Source of the DNA: an uncultured Gemmatimonadales bacterium
Lineage (GTDB): Bacteria > Gemmatimonadota > Gemmatimonadetes > Gemmatimonadales > GWC2-71-9
Reading direction: 5' to 3'
Length of the DNA stretch: 64,000 bases
NCBI GenBank assembly: GCA_963795085.1
Contig: CAWCFX010000004.1
Span: forward strand, 544,001-608,000
Shown: positions 49,354 through 58,675 of the stretch, one piece after another
Position numbering within the stretch: the first letter of the stretch is position 1
Layout: each line of letters opens with the position of its first letter
The notes under the pieces: model-generated
The model's database searches: none
The model's input: only the letters and a program-made list of their open reading frames with translations
Told to the model about the DNA's origin: nothing
Translations under genes and position numbers: made by a program

Positions 49354-49929
49354 ATGACCAACACCGGCCGCGGAGTCGATACTCTGAACGAAAACCGGGA
49401 CGTGGTGCCGACTGAGAATGATGCAGTCGACGCGGTGATGGCCGCGGCGGGGGATGCCCGCGCCTTTGAGCGGCTCTACCGGCGGCACGTGGCCCGGATT
49501 CACAGCCTGGCCCGGCGGATGATCGGGCCGGACGAATCCGATGACGTCACCCAGGCGGTGTTCGTGAGGACCTGGGAGAAGTTGGGGACGTTTCGGGGCG
49601 AATCGGCCTTCGGGACCTGGCTGCACCGGCTGGCGGTCAACGTGATACTGGCGCGGCGGACTTCGCTGGGGATCGAGCGGGGACGGCTGAAGGATGGCGA
49701 GGGGGTAACGGAGGCGATCGCCTCCCGCCCCGGACGGCCCGATCTCTCGGTGGATTTCGAAGCGGCGATGGCGAAACTGCCGGGCGGAGCGAGGGAGGTC
49801 TTCGTGCTTCACGACATCGAAGGCTATAAACACGAGGAAATTGCCGGCATGCTGGGCATCGTCGCGGGAACGTCGAAGGCCCAGCTGCACCGGGCCCGGA
49901 TGGCGCTCCGCGGGTACCTGGGCCGATAG
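49354..49929 (+). CDS. ECF RNA polymerase sigma factor (paralog)
   Basis: AFERLY, FRGESAFGTWLHRLAVN, EGYKHEEIA, GTSKAQLHRAR. Confidence 0.95.
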   Translation: MTNTGRGVDTLNENRDVVPTENDAVDAVMAAAGDARAFERLYRRHVARIHSLARRMIGPDESDDVTQAVFVRTWEKLGTFRGESAFGTWLHRLAVNVILARRTSLGIERGRLKDGEGVTEAIASRPGRPDLSVDFEAAMAKLPGGAREVFVLHDIEGYKHEEIAGMLGIVAGTSKAQLHRARMALRGYLGR

Positions 49930-49938
49930 GAGGAATTC

Positions 49939-50607
49939 ATGATCGACGAATGGACCGAACGACTCTCGGAGTACCTGGACGGGGAACTCGCGCCGGGAGA
50001 TCGGCAGGCGCTTGAAGCCCACCTGGCCGGCTGCATGCTTTGCCGCGGGGTTCTGGCGGACCTGGAACTGGTGGCGGCGCGGGCCCGGACGATCGAGGAC
50101 CGCGACCCGGCCGGCGATCTCTGGCCCGGTATTCGGGCCGCCATCGAGGGCGGGCGGGTCCTGCCCCTGGCTCCCCGGCGACCGCCGGTCCGCCGCTTTA
50201 CGTTCTCGTTTTCCCAATTGGCGGCGGCGGCGGCGGCGTTGGTCCTGCTCTCCGGCGGTGCGGTGTGGCTGGCTACCGGGGCCGGCGGTCCTGCTCCGGC
50301 TCTTTCGGAAGCCGCCGCGCCGGCCGCCGCCATCAAGCTGGTGACCTTTGATCCCCGGGGCCGGGCCGACTCGGCCATCGCGGAACTGGAGCGATACCTG
50401 GATGCGGGCCGGGGCCATCTCGATACCAGCACGGTCCGGATCCTGGCCGGCAATCTCGCGCTGATTGACCGGGCGATCGACCAGGCCCGGTCGGCGCTGG
50501 AGGCCGACCCCGCCAACGCCTACCTGAACGATCACCTTGCGCGGACCATGCGCAAGAAAATTGAAGTCCTCCGCCGTGCGGCCGACCTGGCGCAGGCGGC
50601 GACCTGA
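49939..50607 (+). CDS. Zinc-binding (ZAS) anti-sigma factor
   Basis: LSEYLDGEL, HLAGCMLC, LWPGI, TM helix. Confidence 0.9.
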   Translation: MIDEWTERLSEYLDGELAPGDRQALEAHLAGCMLCRGVLADLELVAARARTIEDRDPAGDLWPGIRAAIEGGRVLPLAPRRPPVRRFTFSFSQLAAAAAALVLLSGGAVWLATGAGGPAPALSEAAAPAAAIKLVTFDPRGRADSAIAELERYLDAGRGHLDTSTVRILAGNLALIDRAIDQARSALEADPANAYLNDHLARTMRKKIEVLRRAADLAQAAT

Positions 50608-50625
50608 CCTGAGAGGAATCGAACC

Positions 50626-51492
50626 ATGATGCTCACGTTGGCGCTGGGAGCCGCGCTCTTCGCTCCCCTGCCCCAGGACACCACGGTGCCGGTACCGGCG
50701 GGGACCCGGCTGGAACTCAGTGCCCGGACCGGATCCATCACCGTGCGCACCTGGAGCCGGAGCGCGATCCAGGTCTCCGGCGATAACGGCTCCGGCGCTG
50801 CCCTGGCCGTCAGGGTGACGGTGAGCGGGGGTGTCGCCCGGGTCGGGCCGGAGCGGGGCCGGGGCCGGCACGGCTCCCCCGAAGACTACCGGCTGACGGT
50901 GCCGGCCTGGATGGACCTCGAGCTGTCCACCACCGAGGGGGATATCGCCGTCACCGGGTCCGAAGGCCGGCTGCGAATCTCCTCTGTGGAAGGCAATGTC
51001 AGCATCCGGGGCGGCCGGGAGTTCGTCTCCGTCACCTCGGTGGAGGGCGAGGTGCTGGTGGACGGGGCGCGGGGGCGGGTGGAAACCAGTTCCGTTGACG
51101 GCGGTATCACCATCCGTAACACTGACGGCGTTATCGTGGCCAGCACGGTGGACGGGGACATTACTATGGAGTCGATCGTATCGGGCGACGTGGACGCCAC
51201 CACCGTGGACGGCAGCATTAGCCTGCGCGGCCGGGTGAGCCCGACCGGCCGCTACCGGCTGAATTCCCATGACGGGGACATCACCCTGGAGTTGCCCGGC
51301 CTGGACGCGATGGTGACGGTGTCCACCTTCGATGGTGAGTTCTCCACCTGCGGGTACCCGGCCACGGTGGTGCCCTCCGGCGATCGGCCCAGCCGGAAGC
51401 GTTTCAGCTTCAAGGTCGGCACCGGCCAGGGCCGGGTGGACCTCGAATCCTTTGACGGCAGCATCTTCCTGGTGAAAACCGGCTGTCGCTGA
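50626..51492 (+). CDS. DUF4097 beta-strand repeat protein
   Basis: Signal peptide, repeated S/T-V-E/D-G-x-I units. Confidence 0.85.
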   Translation: MMLTLALGAALFAPLPQDTTVPVPAGTRLELSARTGSITVRTWSRSAIQVSGDNGSGAALAVRVTVSGGVARVGPERGRGRHGSPEDYRLTVPAWMDLELSTTEGDIAVTGSEGRLRISSVEGNVSIRGGREFVSVTSVEGEVLVDGARGRVETSSVDGGITIRNTDGVIVASTVDGDITMESIVSGDVDATTVDGSISLRGRVSPTGRYRLNSHDGDITLELPGLDAMVTVSTFDGEFSTCGYPATVVPSGDRPSRKRFSFKVGTGQGRVDLESFDGSIFLVKTGCR

Positions 51493-51514
51493 TCCCTGAC
51501 TTCTGGAGGACGCA

Positions 51515-52330
51515 ATGAAATCAGTACTGGTACTTGCGGTAGCCGGCTTCCTTCTTCTGCCGGCCCTGGGCACCCCGGGTGGCCGGGCCGTGGAAGGCCA
51601 GCCGTCAGGCGCCGACGACTTCTCGTGGCGCAAGCGGATGGCGGCGGGCCAGACCCTGGAGATCAAGGGGATCAACGGCGATGTCCGGGCGGTGCTGGCG
51701 GACGGCGCCGAGGCGGAGGTAACCGCCACCCGGACGGCGCGCCGGAGCGATCCCGAGTCAGTGGAGATCAAGGTGGTCGAGCACGGGGGCGGCGTGACGA
51801 TCTGCGCGGTCTATCCCACCCCCTCCCGGTCCCGGCGGGAAAACGTCTGTGCCCCGGGAAGCGAAGGTCACATGAACAACGAGCGGAACGACGTTACCGT
51901 GACCTTCGTGGTGAAGGTCCCCCGCGGCGTCCACTATGCTCCTTCTACCGTGAACGGTGAGATCCGCGCCGCCGGGCTCCAGTCGAACGTGCGGGCGGGC
52001 ACGGTCAACGGCAGCGTCCGGGTCTCGACCACCGGCCGGGCCATCGCCAGTACGGTGAACGGCTCCATCGAGGCCAACATGGGCCGGGCCGACTGGGGCG
52101 AGGACGTGGCCTTCTCCACCGTCAATGGCGAGATCGTTCTCGAACTGCCGGCCGACGTCAATGCCGAGTTGCGGGCGTCCACCGTCAATGGGAACATCAC
52201 CAGTGATTTCCCGGTTACCGTGCAGGGCCGTTTTGGTCCTCGGCGCGTCAGCGGGACCCTGGGCCGGGGCGGCCCGGAGCTGGAACTGGAGACGGTGAAC
52301 GGCAGCATCACCCTGCGCAAGACACCGTAG
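51515..52330 (+). CDS. DUF4097 beta-strand repeat protein
   Basis: Signal peptide, repeated TVNG-x-I units. Confidence 0.85.
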   Translation: MKSVLVLAVAGFLLLPALGTPGGRAVEGQPSGADDFSWRKRMAAGQTLEIKGINGDVRAVLADGAEAEVTATRTARRSDPESVEIKVVEHGGGVTICAVYPTPSRSRRENVCAPGSEGHMNNERNDVTVTFVVKVPRGVHYAPSTVNGEIRAAGLQSNVRAGTVNGSVRVSTTGRAIASTVNGSIEANMGRADWGEDVAFSTVNGEIVLELPADVNAELRASTVNGNITSDFPVTVQGRFGPRRVSGTLGRGGPELELETVNGSITLRKTP

Positions 52331-52389
52331 GGACGTTTGCAACCGCTGGGGTCCGGGGTAAGTTCTGTTGACCCATTACCGCCGGACCC

Positions 52390-53490
52390 ATGCGTCTCTT
52401 CGATAGCAAGCACCAGCGCGCCGCCTTCCTGATCCTGCTCCTGGGGGCGGCGCTGATCATTGCCCTGGCGCCGTTCGCCACCGGCCTGATCGGCATTCCC
52501 GTACTCTATATCATCTTCTCTCCGGTGTACCTGGAGCTGGAGCCCCGGATCAAGCCGACCGCCGCGGCCGCGGTAACCGTGGGCCTCGCCCTGGTTGTCA
52601 TCGTCCTGATGGCGCTGGTCATCACGCTGGTCATCGTGCAGCAGGCGCCGGATATCGCACGCGGCATCCTGGACAGCCCGCTGCGGGTGCGGCTGGCCAA
52701 CGTGACGATCGGGCCTTACGAGTTGGGGCCCCAGCTGGCCGCCATGAGCGAGCGGGTGGTGAGCTGGCTGGGTACCGGGGCCCTGGGGTTCATCGGGACC
52801 GCCACCCGGCTGACGCTGAACCTGACCATCTCGCTGTTCGGCTTCTTCTACCTGCTGCTGAGCGCCGGCCAGATCTGGAGCGCGGTCGCGCCGTATATCC
52901 CCTTCTCGCCTACCAACAGCCAGCTGCTCAAGGCCCGGTTCCGGCTGGTGACCATCTCCACGCTGATCGGCACCGGCCTTACCGCGCTGATCCAGGGCCT
53001 GCTGGTGGGCGTCGCGTTCCTGGTGGTGGGCCTGCCCAACGCGCTGTTCTGGGGTGTCGTCACGACGATCCTGTCGGTGCTGCCCATCGTGGGAAGCGGG
53101 CTGATCTGGGTTCCTGGGGCCATCGTGCTTTTTCTGCAGGACCGCTACGGCGCCGCGGCCGCCCTGGGTCTCTGGGGGCTGCTCATCGTGGGGAACATCG
53201 ACAACGTCATCCGGCCGATCGTCTTTCGCCGCTATGCCAAGATCCATCCCCTGCTCACCCTGGTCGGCGCCTTTGCCGGGATCCGGTACTTTGGCCTCCT
53301 CGGGCTCCTGGTCGGCCCGCTGGCGCTGTCGTACTTCTTCGAGTTGATCCGGATGTACAAGGAGGAGTACATCCGGACCCCGTCCCGGCAGCGCCGGATG
53401 GAAGACCCCCGGGAGCCGCCGGCGGCTACCGAGCTGGCTGGCGCGAGCGCGCCTTCCAGAACAGAAATACCGGAATACCCAGGCCAATGA
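52390..53490 (+). CDS. AI-2E family transporter
   Basis: Multi-TM; ALIQG, LPIVGSGLIWVP, IDNVIRP, IHPLL, GLLGLLVGP. Confidence 0.9.
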   Translation: MRLFDSKHQRAAFLILLLGAALIIALAPFATGLIGIPVLYIIFSPVYLELEPRIKPTAAAAVTVGLALVVIVLMALVITLVIVQQAPDIARGILDSPLRVRLANVTIGPYELGPQLAAMSERVVSWLGTGALGFIGTATRLTLNLTISLFGFFYLLLSAGQIWSAVAPYIPFSPTNSQLLKARFRLVTISTLIGTGLTALIQGLLVGVAFLVVGLPNALFWGVVTTILSVLPIVGSGLIWVPGAIVLFLQDRYGAAAALGLWGLLIVGNIDNVIRPIVFRRYAKIHPLLTLVGAFAGIRYFGLLGLLVGPLALSYFFELIRMYKEEYIRTPSRQRRMEDPREPPAATELAGASAPSRTEIPEYPGQ

Positions 53491-54784
53491 GCAGCGTGCC
53501 CCGGAGCGCGTTGCCGGGGTTCGACTGGACCGAACTGACCACCACGTAGGCGGCCGCCAGGATGAAGAGCGCGGGCGTCACCGGATATCCCGGCGTCCGG
53601 AAGGCGCCGGCGGGCGTCGGGCCGATTCCCCGGGCCCGGTCCCGGGCCCGGAACACGTAGAGCGTCGCGACGGTCATGCCGAAGAAGATCCAATCCCCGA
53701 ACACCACATAGTCCACCAGGTCACCGTACTTCCCGGTGAGCGCCAGGCCGATCGCCCAGACCGCCTGGAAGACAATTGCCGCCGTCGGGGTCCGGTACCG
53801 GGGGTGCAGCCGGGCCATCCGGGGAAAGAAAAGGCCGTCGGCGGCCATCGCCTGGTACACCCGGGGCGACACCAGGATGACCAGGTTGAGAAACCCGAAG
53901 GTCGAGATGGCGATCCCGGCGGCGATGACGGTGCCGCCCGCCGGACCCACCGTGACCCGCATGGCATCGGCCGCGGGCGCGGTGCTCGCGGCGAGGCCGT
54001 CGATGCCCAGGGCCCGGATGTACGCCACGTTGGCGAGGACGTACACGGCGACGACCGCGACCACCCCGATGAGCAGCGCCCGAGGCAGGTTCTTCGGGGC
54101 GTCGATAATCTCCTCGCCTACGAAGTTGGTCTGCTGCCATCCGCCATAGGAAAAGAGCACCGGGACCAGGGCCCACCCTACGGCCACACCGATTCCCAGG
54201 AACCCGGCGGGGGCCGCCAGCGCCGGCGCCGGCACTGCAGCGCTCCCGCCGCTCCGGGCGAGGAAGATCCCAGCGCCAATCAGGAGTGCCAGCGGCACCA
54301 GCTTGAGCACGGTGAAGATGTTCTGGGTAATGGCGCCCGGCTTGACCCCGACGTAGTTGATCGCCGAGAGCAGCACGATGGCCCCGACGGCCAGGGGGAC
54401 GGTCGCCGACGCGGGCAGGTCCAGCAGGTTGATGGTGTAGTCCGCGAAAGTGACCGCGACGCCGGCGATGGCGCCGGTGGCGATGATCAGGAGCAGCGAC
54501 CACGCGTACAGGAATGCCGGCAGCTCGCCGAAGGCGTCCCGCAGGTACACGTAGCCTCCGCCGGCCCGCGGGTTCCGGTTCCCCAGCTCGCCATAACAGA
54601 ACGCGCCGATCAGCGCGATGACGCCACCGGCGATCCACACCGCCAGCGTCAGTTCGGTGGTGACTACCCGCCGGGCCACTTCGGCGGGGTTCCGGAAGAT
54701 GCCGGCGCCGATGATGCCGCCGATCACCATCATGACGCCGGAGAAGAGGCCGAGCCGGCGGGCATACTGGACGGGAGGGGTCAC
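53426..54784 (-). CDS. APC-family amino acid permease
   Basis: GTG 54784; IIGAGIF, YGEL...PRAGGGYVYL, FSYGGW, PRVYQAMA, TPGYP. Confidence 0.92.
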   Translation of the reverse strand: MTPPVQYARRLGLFSGVMMVIGGIIGAGIFRNPAEVARRVVTTELTLAVWIAGGVIALIGAFCYGELGNRNPRAGGGYVYLRDAFGELPAFLYAWSLLLIIATGAIAGVAVTFADYTINLLDLPASATVPLAVGAIVLLSAINYVGVKPGAITQNIFTVLKLVPLALLIGAGIFLARSGGSAAVPAPALAAPAGFLGIGVAVGWALVPVLFSYGGWQQTNFVGEEIIDAPKNLPRALLIGVVAVVAVYVLANVAYIRALGIDGLAASTAPAADAMRVTVGPAGGTVIAAGIAISTFGFLNLVILVSPRVYQAMAADGLFFPRMARLHPRYRTPTAAIVFQAVWAIGLALTGKYGDLVDYVVFGDWIFFGMTVATLYVFRARDRARGIGPTPAGAFRTPGYPVTPALFILAAAYVVVSSVQSNPGNALRGTLLIGLGIPVFLFWKARSRQPAR

Positions 54785-54905
54785 CGGGTGCTCCTGGCTG
54801 ATCCGGGAGGGCGACAAGGAACGCGAGAATATAGCGGGGAGGGGGAGGGGGCTTGAGGGATTGCCACTGGGCGTCATATATTCTTGATCGACGCCGGAGA
54901 CATAT

Positions 54906-55391
54906 GTGATTGACGCCATTGATACCCAAATCCTGACGATTCTTCGGGACAACGCCAGAATATCGAACGTTGAGATATCCCGGCAGGTCGGTATGGCCCC
55001 TTCCGCCGTCCTCGAGCGGGTCCGCAAGCTGGAGTCCCGCGGGGTCATCACCGGCTATGAAGCCCGGGTCAGCCCCAAGGCCCTCGGCCTGGGGCTGCTG
55101 GCCTACGTGTTCGTCCGCGCCGAGGACCGGCTGGGCAGCGAGCAGTCGGGCGAGGCCCTGGCCCAGATCCCCGAGGTCCTCGAAGTCCACCACATCGCCG
55201 GCGAGGACTGCTTCCTGGTCAAGGTCCGCACCGCCGACACCGAGTCGCTGGGCCGGCTGCTGCGCGAACAGTTCGGCGCCATCAGCACCATTCGCTCCAC
55301 CCGCACCACCATTGTCATGAACACCATCAAGGAAACGGCGCAGCTCCCGCTGGAGTTACCGGTAGGAGCGGATTCCCATGACCCCGACTGA
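54906..55391 (+). CDS. Lrp/AsnC transcriptional regulator
   Basis: IDTQIL...NARIS...RVRKLESRGVITGY, IAGEDCFLVKV. Confidence 0.95.
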   Translation: MIDAIDTQILTILRDNARISNVEISRQVGMAPSAVLERVRKLESRGVITGYEARVSPKALGLGLLAYVFVRAEDRLGSEQSGEALAQIPEVLEVHHIAGEDCFLVKVRTADTESLGRLLREQFGAISTIRSTRTTIVMNTIKETAQLPLELPVGADSHDPD

Positions 55392-56346
55392 GGCCGCGCC
55401 CAAGCGCTGGCACCTGATTCTCGCCTTCGCGTCGGTTTACCTGATCTGGGGCTCCACTTACCTGGCGATCAAGTTCGCCATCGAGACGATCCCGCCCTTC
55501 TTCATGGCGGGCGTACGCTTCCTGATTTCGGGCAGCATCCTGTACGCGTGGGCCCGGATGCAGGGTGCCGCCCGGCCCACCCGAATCCATTGGAAGTCCG
55601 CCGCGGTGGTCGGCGTCCTGCTGCTGCTGGGCGGTAATGGGGGCGTGGTCTGGGCGGAGCGGGTGGTGCCCTCCGGGGTCGCCGCCCTGATCGTCGCCAT
55701 TGTACCGGTGTGGATCGCGCTGCTGGAGTGGATGCGGCCCGGCGGCAAGAAACCGGGCTGGCAGGTGACGGCGGGCCTGGCCGCGGGGACCCTCGGCCTC
55801 CTGCTTCTCGCCAGCCCGGGCGAGGCCGCGCTGGGCGCGCGGGTGGATTTGGTGGGGGCCGCCGTCCTGGTCTTCGCGACCCTGTCCTGGGCGGTGGGGT
55901 CCATCCAGGCCAAGCATTCCCCGTTGCCCGACTCTCCCTGGCTGGCCACCGGCATGGAGATGCTGGCCGGGGGCGCATCGCTCATGCTGGTCGGGCTGCT
56001 TACCGGGGAAGCCGGCCAGCTCGACTTCGGCTCGATGTCTCAGAAATCGCTGCTGTCGATGATCTACCTGACCACGTTCGGGTCGCTGGTCGGGTTCACA
56101 GCCTACATCTGGCTGCTCCGGGTCGGCTCCCCCACCAGGGCCGCGACCTACGCGTATGTGAACCCGGTGGTGGCGGTGTTCCTGGGCTGGCTTCTGGCCA
56201 GCGAGGCCATCACGCCAAGAACTGTCCTGGCCACCCTGGTAATCGTGGGCGGGGTGGTGTTGATCACCAGCGCGCGTACCAGGGCTCCATCGGCCTCGGC
56301 GCCGGCCGACCCGGTCACGCCGCCGCTGGTCCCCAACCGCCGATAG
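55378..56346 (+). CDS. EamA/DMT transporter (YedA-like)
   Basis: YLIWGSTYLAIK, SGVAAL, YAYVNPVVAV. Confidence 0.92.
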   Translation: MTPTEAAPKRWHLILAFASVYLIWGSTYLAIKFAIETIPPFFMAGVRFLISGSILYAWARMQGAARPTRIHWKSAAVVGVLLLLGGNGGVVWAERVVPSGVAALIVAIVPVWIALLEWMRPGGKKPGWQVTAGLAAGTLGLLLLASPGEAALGARVDLVGAAVLVFATLSWAVGSIQAKHSPLPDSPWLATGMEMLAGGASLMLVGLLTGEAGQLDFGSMSQKSLLSMIYLTTFGSLVGFTAYIWLLRVGSPTRAATYAYVNPVVAVFLGWLLASEAITPRTVLATLVIVGGVVLITSARTRAPSASAPADPVTPPLVPNRR

Positions 56347-56365
56347 GCCGCTCATGGGAGGCGCC

Positions 56366-56842
56366 ATGCATTCACGAATCGAGAGCCTGTTGCTGCTGCT
56401 GCACCAGGGGTGGGGGCCGCGCGCGTGGCACGGGACGGCCCTCAAGGGCGCCGTCCGTGGTGTGAGCGCGCGGCAGGCGCTGTGGCGGCCGGGGCCGGGG
56501 CGCCACAACATCCGCGAACTGGTCCTCCACATGGCCTATTGGAAGTATGCCGTCATTCGGCGGCTGACCGGCGAGACTCGCGGCGGTTTCCCCCGGGACG
56601 GGTCCAACTGGATCGAGGTGGCGGATCCTTCGGACCGGGGGTGGAAGTCCGATATCGCGCTGCTGCACGCCGAGCATGACCGGCTGGTCCGGACGGTCCG
56701 GGCCTTCCCGGTCCGCCGTCTGGATGCCAAAGACGGACTCCAGTGGACCTGCGCCGAGCAGATCGCCGGCGCGGCGGCCCACGATCTCTACCATACGGGA
56801 CAGCTGCAGCTGATCAAGAAACTCGCGCCCCGGCGCCGCTGA
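56366..56842 (+). CDS. DinB/YfiT-like protein
   Basis: AWHG, HNIRELVLHM, HDLYHTGQL. Confidence 0.85.
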   Translation: MHSRIESLLLLLHQGWGPRAWHGTALKGAVRGVSARQALWRPGPGRHNIRELVLHMAYWKYAVIRRLTGETRGGFPRDGSNWIEVADPSDRGWKSDIALLHAEHDRLVRTVRAFPVRRLDAKDGLQWTCAEQIAGAAAHDLYHTGQLQLIKKLAPRRR

Positions 56843-56877
56843 GGGAAGCGACCATCACCCCGCGGCCGCCCGGCATG

Positions 56878-56991
56878 CAAAAAAGCAGCGCTCACGACCT
56901 TCGTGAACGCTGCCTTTGTGTTTTCGCTCCGCTATACCCGGGGCACAGGGCCTCCGGGGAACTACAGCGGGCGGGTACGGAGACCCGCCCG
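56878..56991. terminator. Hairpins between convergent dinB-like and ompA genes
   Basis: AAAAGCAGCG-c-TCACGA-cct-TCGTGA-a-CGCTGC-c-TTT (56878-56917) and CGGGCGGGT-ACGGAG-ACCCGCCCG (56968-56991). Confidence 0.6.
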
Positions 56992-56999
56992 TTGCCGTG

Positions 57000-58463
57000 T
57001 TACTCGCCGCCGTCGGTCCGGACCAGCTCCACCCGGCGGTTCTGCTTCCTGCCCTCTTCGGTCGCGTTATCCGCGATGGGCTGCGTTTCGCCATAACCCT
57101 TGGAGGTCATGCGGGACGCGCTCACGCCCTTGTCCTGGAGGTACGCCCGGACTGACGCGGCGCGCCGCTCCGAGAGGTTCATGTTGTAGGAGTCCGAGCC
57201 CTCGCTGCTGGCATGGCCCTGGATCTCGAACGTGACGTCGGTGTTCGCGTTCAGCGACTGGGCCACGAAGTCGAGGATCTTCTTCGCGTCAATCGTGAGC
57301 TCGGCCCGGTTCACCACGAAGTTCACGCCTTCGAGGACGACGTTCTTCTTGCCCTCGACGAACAGCACCAGGCAGCCGTTGGGGCCCACCAGCATGCCCG
57401 CGGGCGTATCGGGGCAGCGGTCGGCGCTGTCGAGCACGCCGTCGCCGTCGGAATCGCGGGCCGGGCAGCCCTGGCCGTCCACCTTCTCGCCGGCCGGGGT
57501 ATTGGGGCAGCGGTCCGCCGCATCGGTGACGCCATCGCCATCCGAGTCAATCGGGCAGCCGGTCGCATCGACCGCGGTGCCGGCGGGCGTGTTGGCGCAC
57601 CGGTCGTTGGCGTCGATCACGCCGTCCTTGTCGCTGTCCAGCGGGCAACCGGTGGCGTCCACCTTCTGGCCGGCCGGGGTGTTGGCGCAACGGTCGGCAT
57701 CATCCAGCACGCCGTCGTTGTCGGAATCCTTGACGGGACAGCCGCTGCCGTCCACCCGGGTTCCCGCCGGGGTGTCGGGGCAGCGATCAAAGTTGTCCCG
57801 GACGCCATCGTTGTCGGTATCGGGGCAGCCGTTGGTGTCCACCGCGGCGCCGCGGGGCGTATCGGGGCACAGGTCGGCCACATCCAGCACGCCGTCGTGG
57901 TCCCGGTCCTTGGAGCCGTACCCGCCGAACAGCAGGCTCAACCCGGCGCGGGCGCCGTAGTTGATGTTGCGGTCCACGGTCGCGTCGTTGATCAGCGAGC
58001 CGGTCATGTAATCCATGGTGCCGTCCAACCGGAGGATCAGGTGGTCACCCATGCCGATCTTGAAGCCGGCCAGCGCGGTGAAGCCGCTCTCGCTGTTGTC
58101 ATAGAACTCCCCGAGCCGGGTGCGGACGTATCCGCCGCCGATGGCCAGCCGGGAGCGGCCGCCGATGGGGATGTTATAGACCAGCCGGGCCCGCATCGGC
58201 ATGACCGAGACTTCACGGTCCGCCGGAAGGGCGTCCTGGGTGGTCGAAGTCCGCGAAATGTCGGCTTCGAGGGCCAGGTTGCTCGCGAGGTAAATCCCGA
58301 GCTGGCCGCCAAAGCCGACCTTGTTGGAGAACTGCAGGCTCTGGTCGAACTGGGGATAGACACCATACGCGCCCAGTTCCACACTGCCCCCTTTTTGAGC
58401 CTCGAGCGGGGCGTTAAGTGTGAAGGCTGCGGCTGCCGCAATAACGATGTGTCTCCATGACAT
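57000..58463 (-). CDS. OmpA-family protein with N-terminal barrel and six thrombospondin type-3 repeats
   Basis: Six DxDxDGVxDxxDxC repeats; C-terminal GHA...YNMNLSERRA...GYGETQP...NRRVE. Confidence 0.93.
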   Translation of the reverse strand: MSWRHIVIAAAAAFTLNAPLEAQKGGSVELGAYGVYPQFDQSLQFSNKVGFGGQLGIYLASNLALEADISRTSTTQDALPADREVSVMPMRARLVYNIPIGGRSRLAIGGGYVRTRLGEFYDNSESGFTALAGFKIGMGDHLILRLDGTMDYMTGSLINDATVDRNINYGARAGLSLLFGGYGSKDRDHDGVLDVADLCPDTPRGAAVDTNGCPDTDNDGVRDNFDRCPDTPAGTRVDGSGCPVKDSDNDGVLDDADRCANTPAGQKVDATGCPLDSDKDGVIDANDRCANTPAGTAVDATGCPIDSDGDGVTDAADRCPNTPAGEKVDGQGCPARDSDGDGVLDSADRCPDTPAGMLVGPNGCLVLFVEGKKNVVLEGVNFVVNRAELTIDAKKILDFVAQSLNANTDVTFEIQGHASSEGSDSYNMNLSERRAASVRAYLQDKGVSASRMTSKGYGETQPIADNATEEGRKQNRRVELVRTDGGE

Positions 58464-58675
58464 GGTCTAGTTCCTCGCTCCGTGAGAAAAGCAATGACGA
58501 CGTGAAATCTCCGGCCCTGTTTGGCCGGCTGACAGGGCTATATGTCGTACATCTCCCGAGATTTGTACGTGACTGCCGTCACCCATGGCGGCAGTGTGGC
58601 CCCCGTCACATGCAGAAATGAGGTGCATCACCACGCGAGCGCTTATCTTCCGGGGAATATCCTCCCGAGGGTTCC

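Noticed and set aside
57372..57909. Approximately 90-bp DNA repeats as a non-coding array
   Set aside because: Explained by the six thrombospondin type-3 repeats of the OmpA protein.
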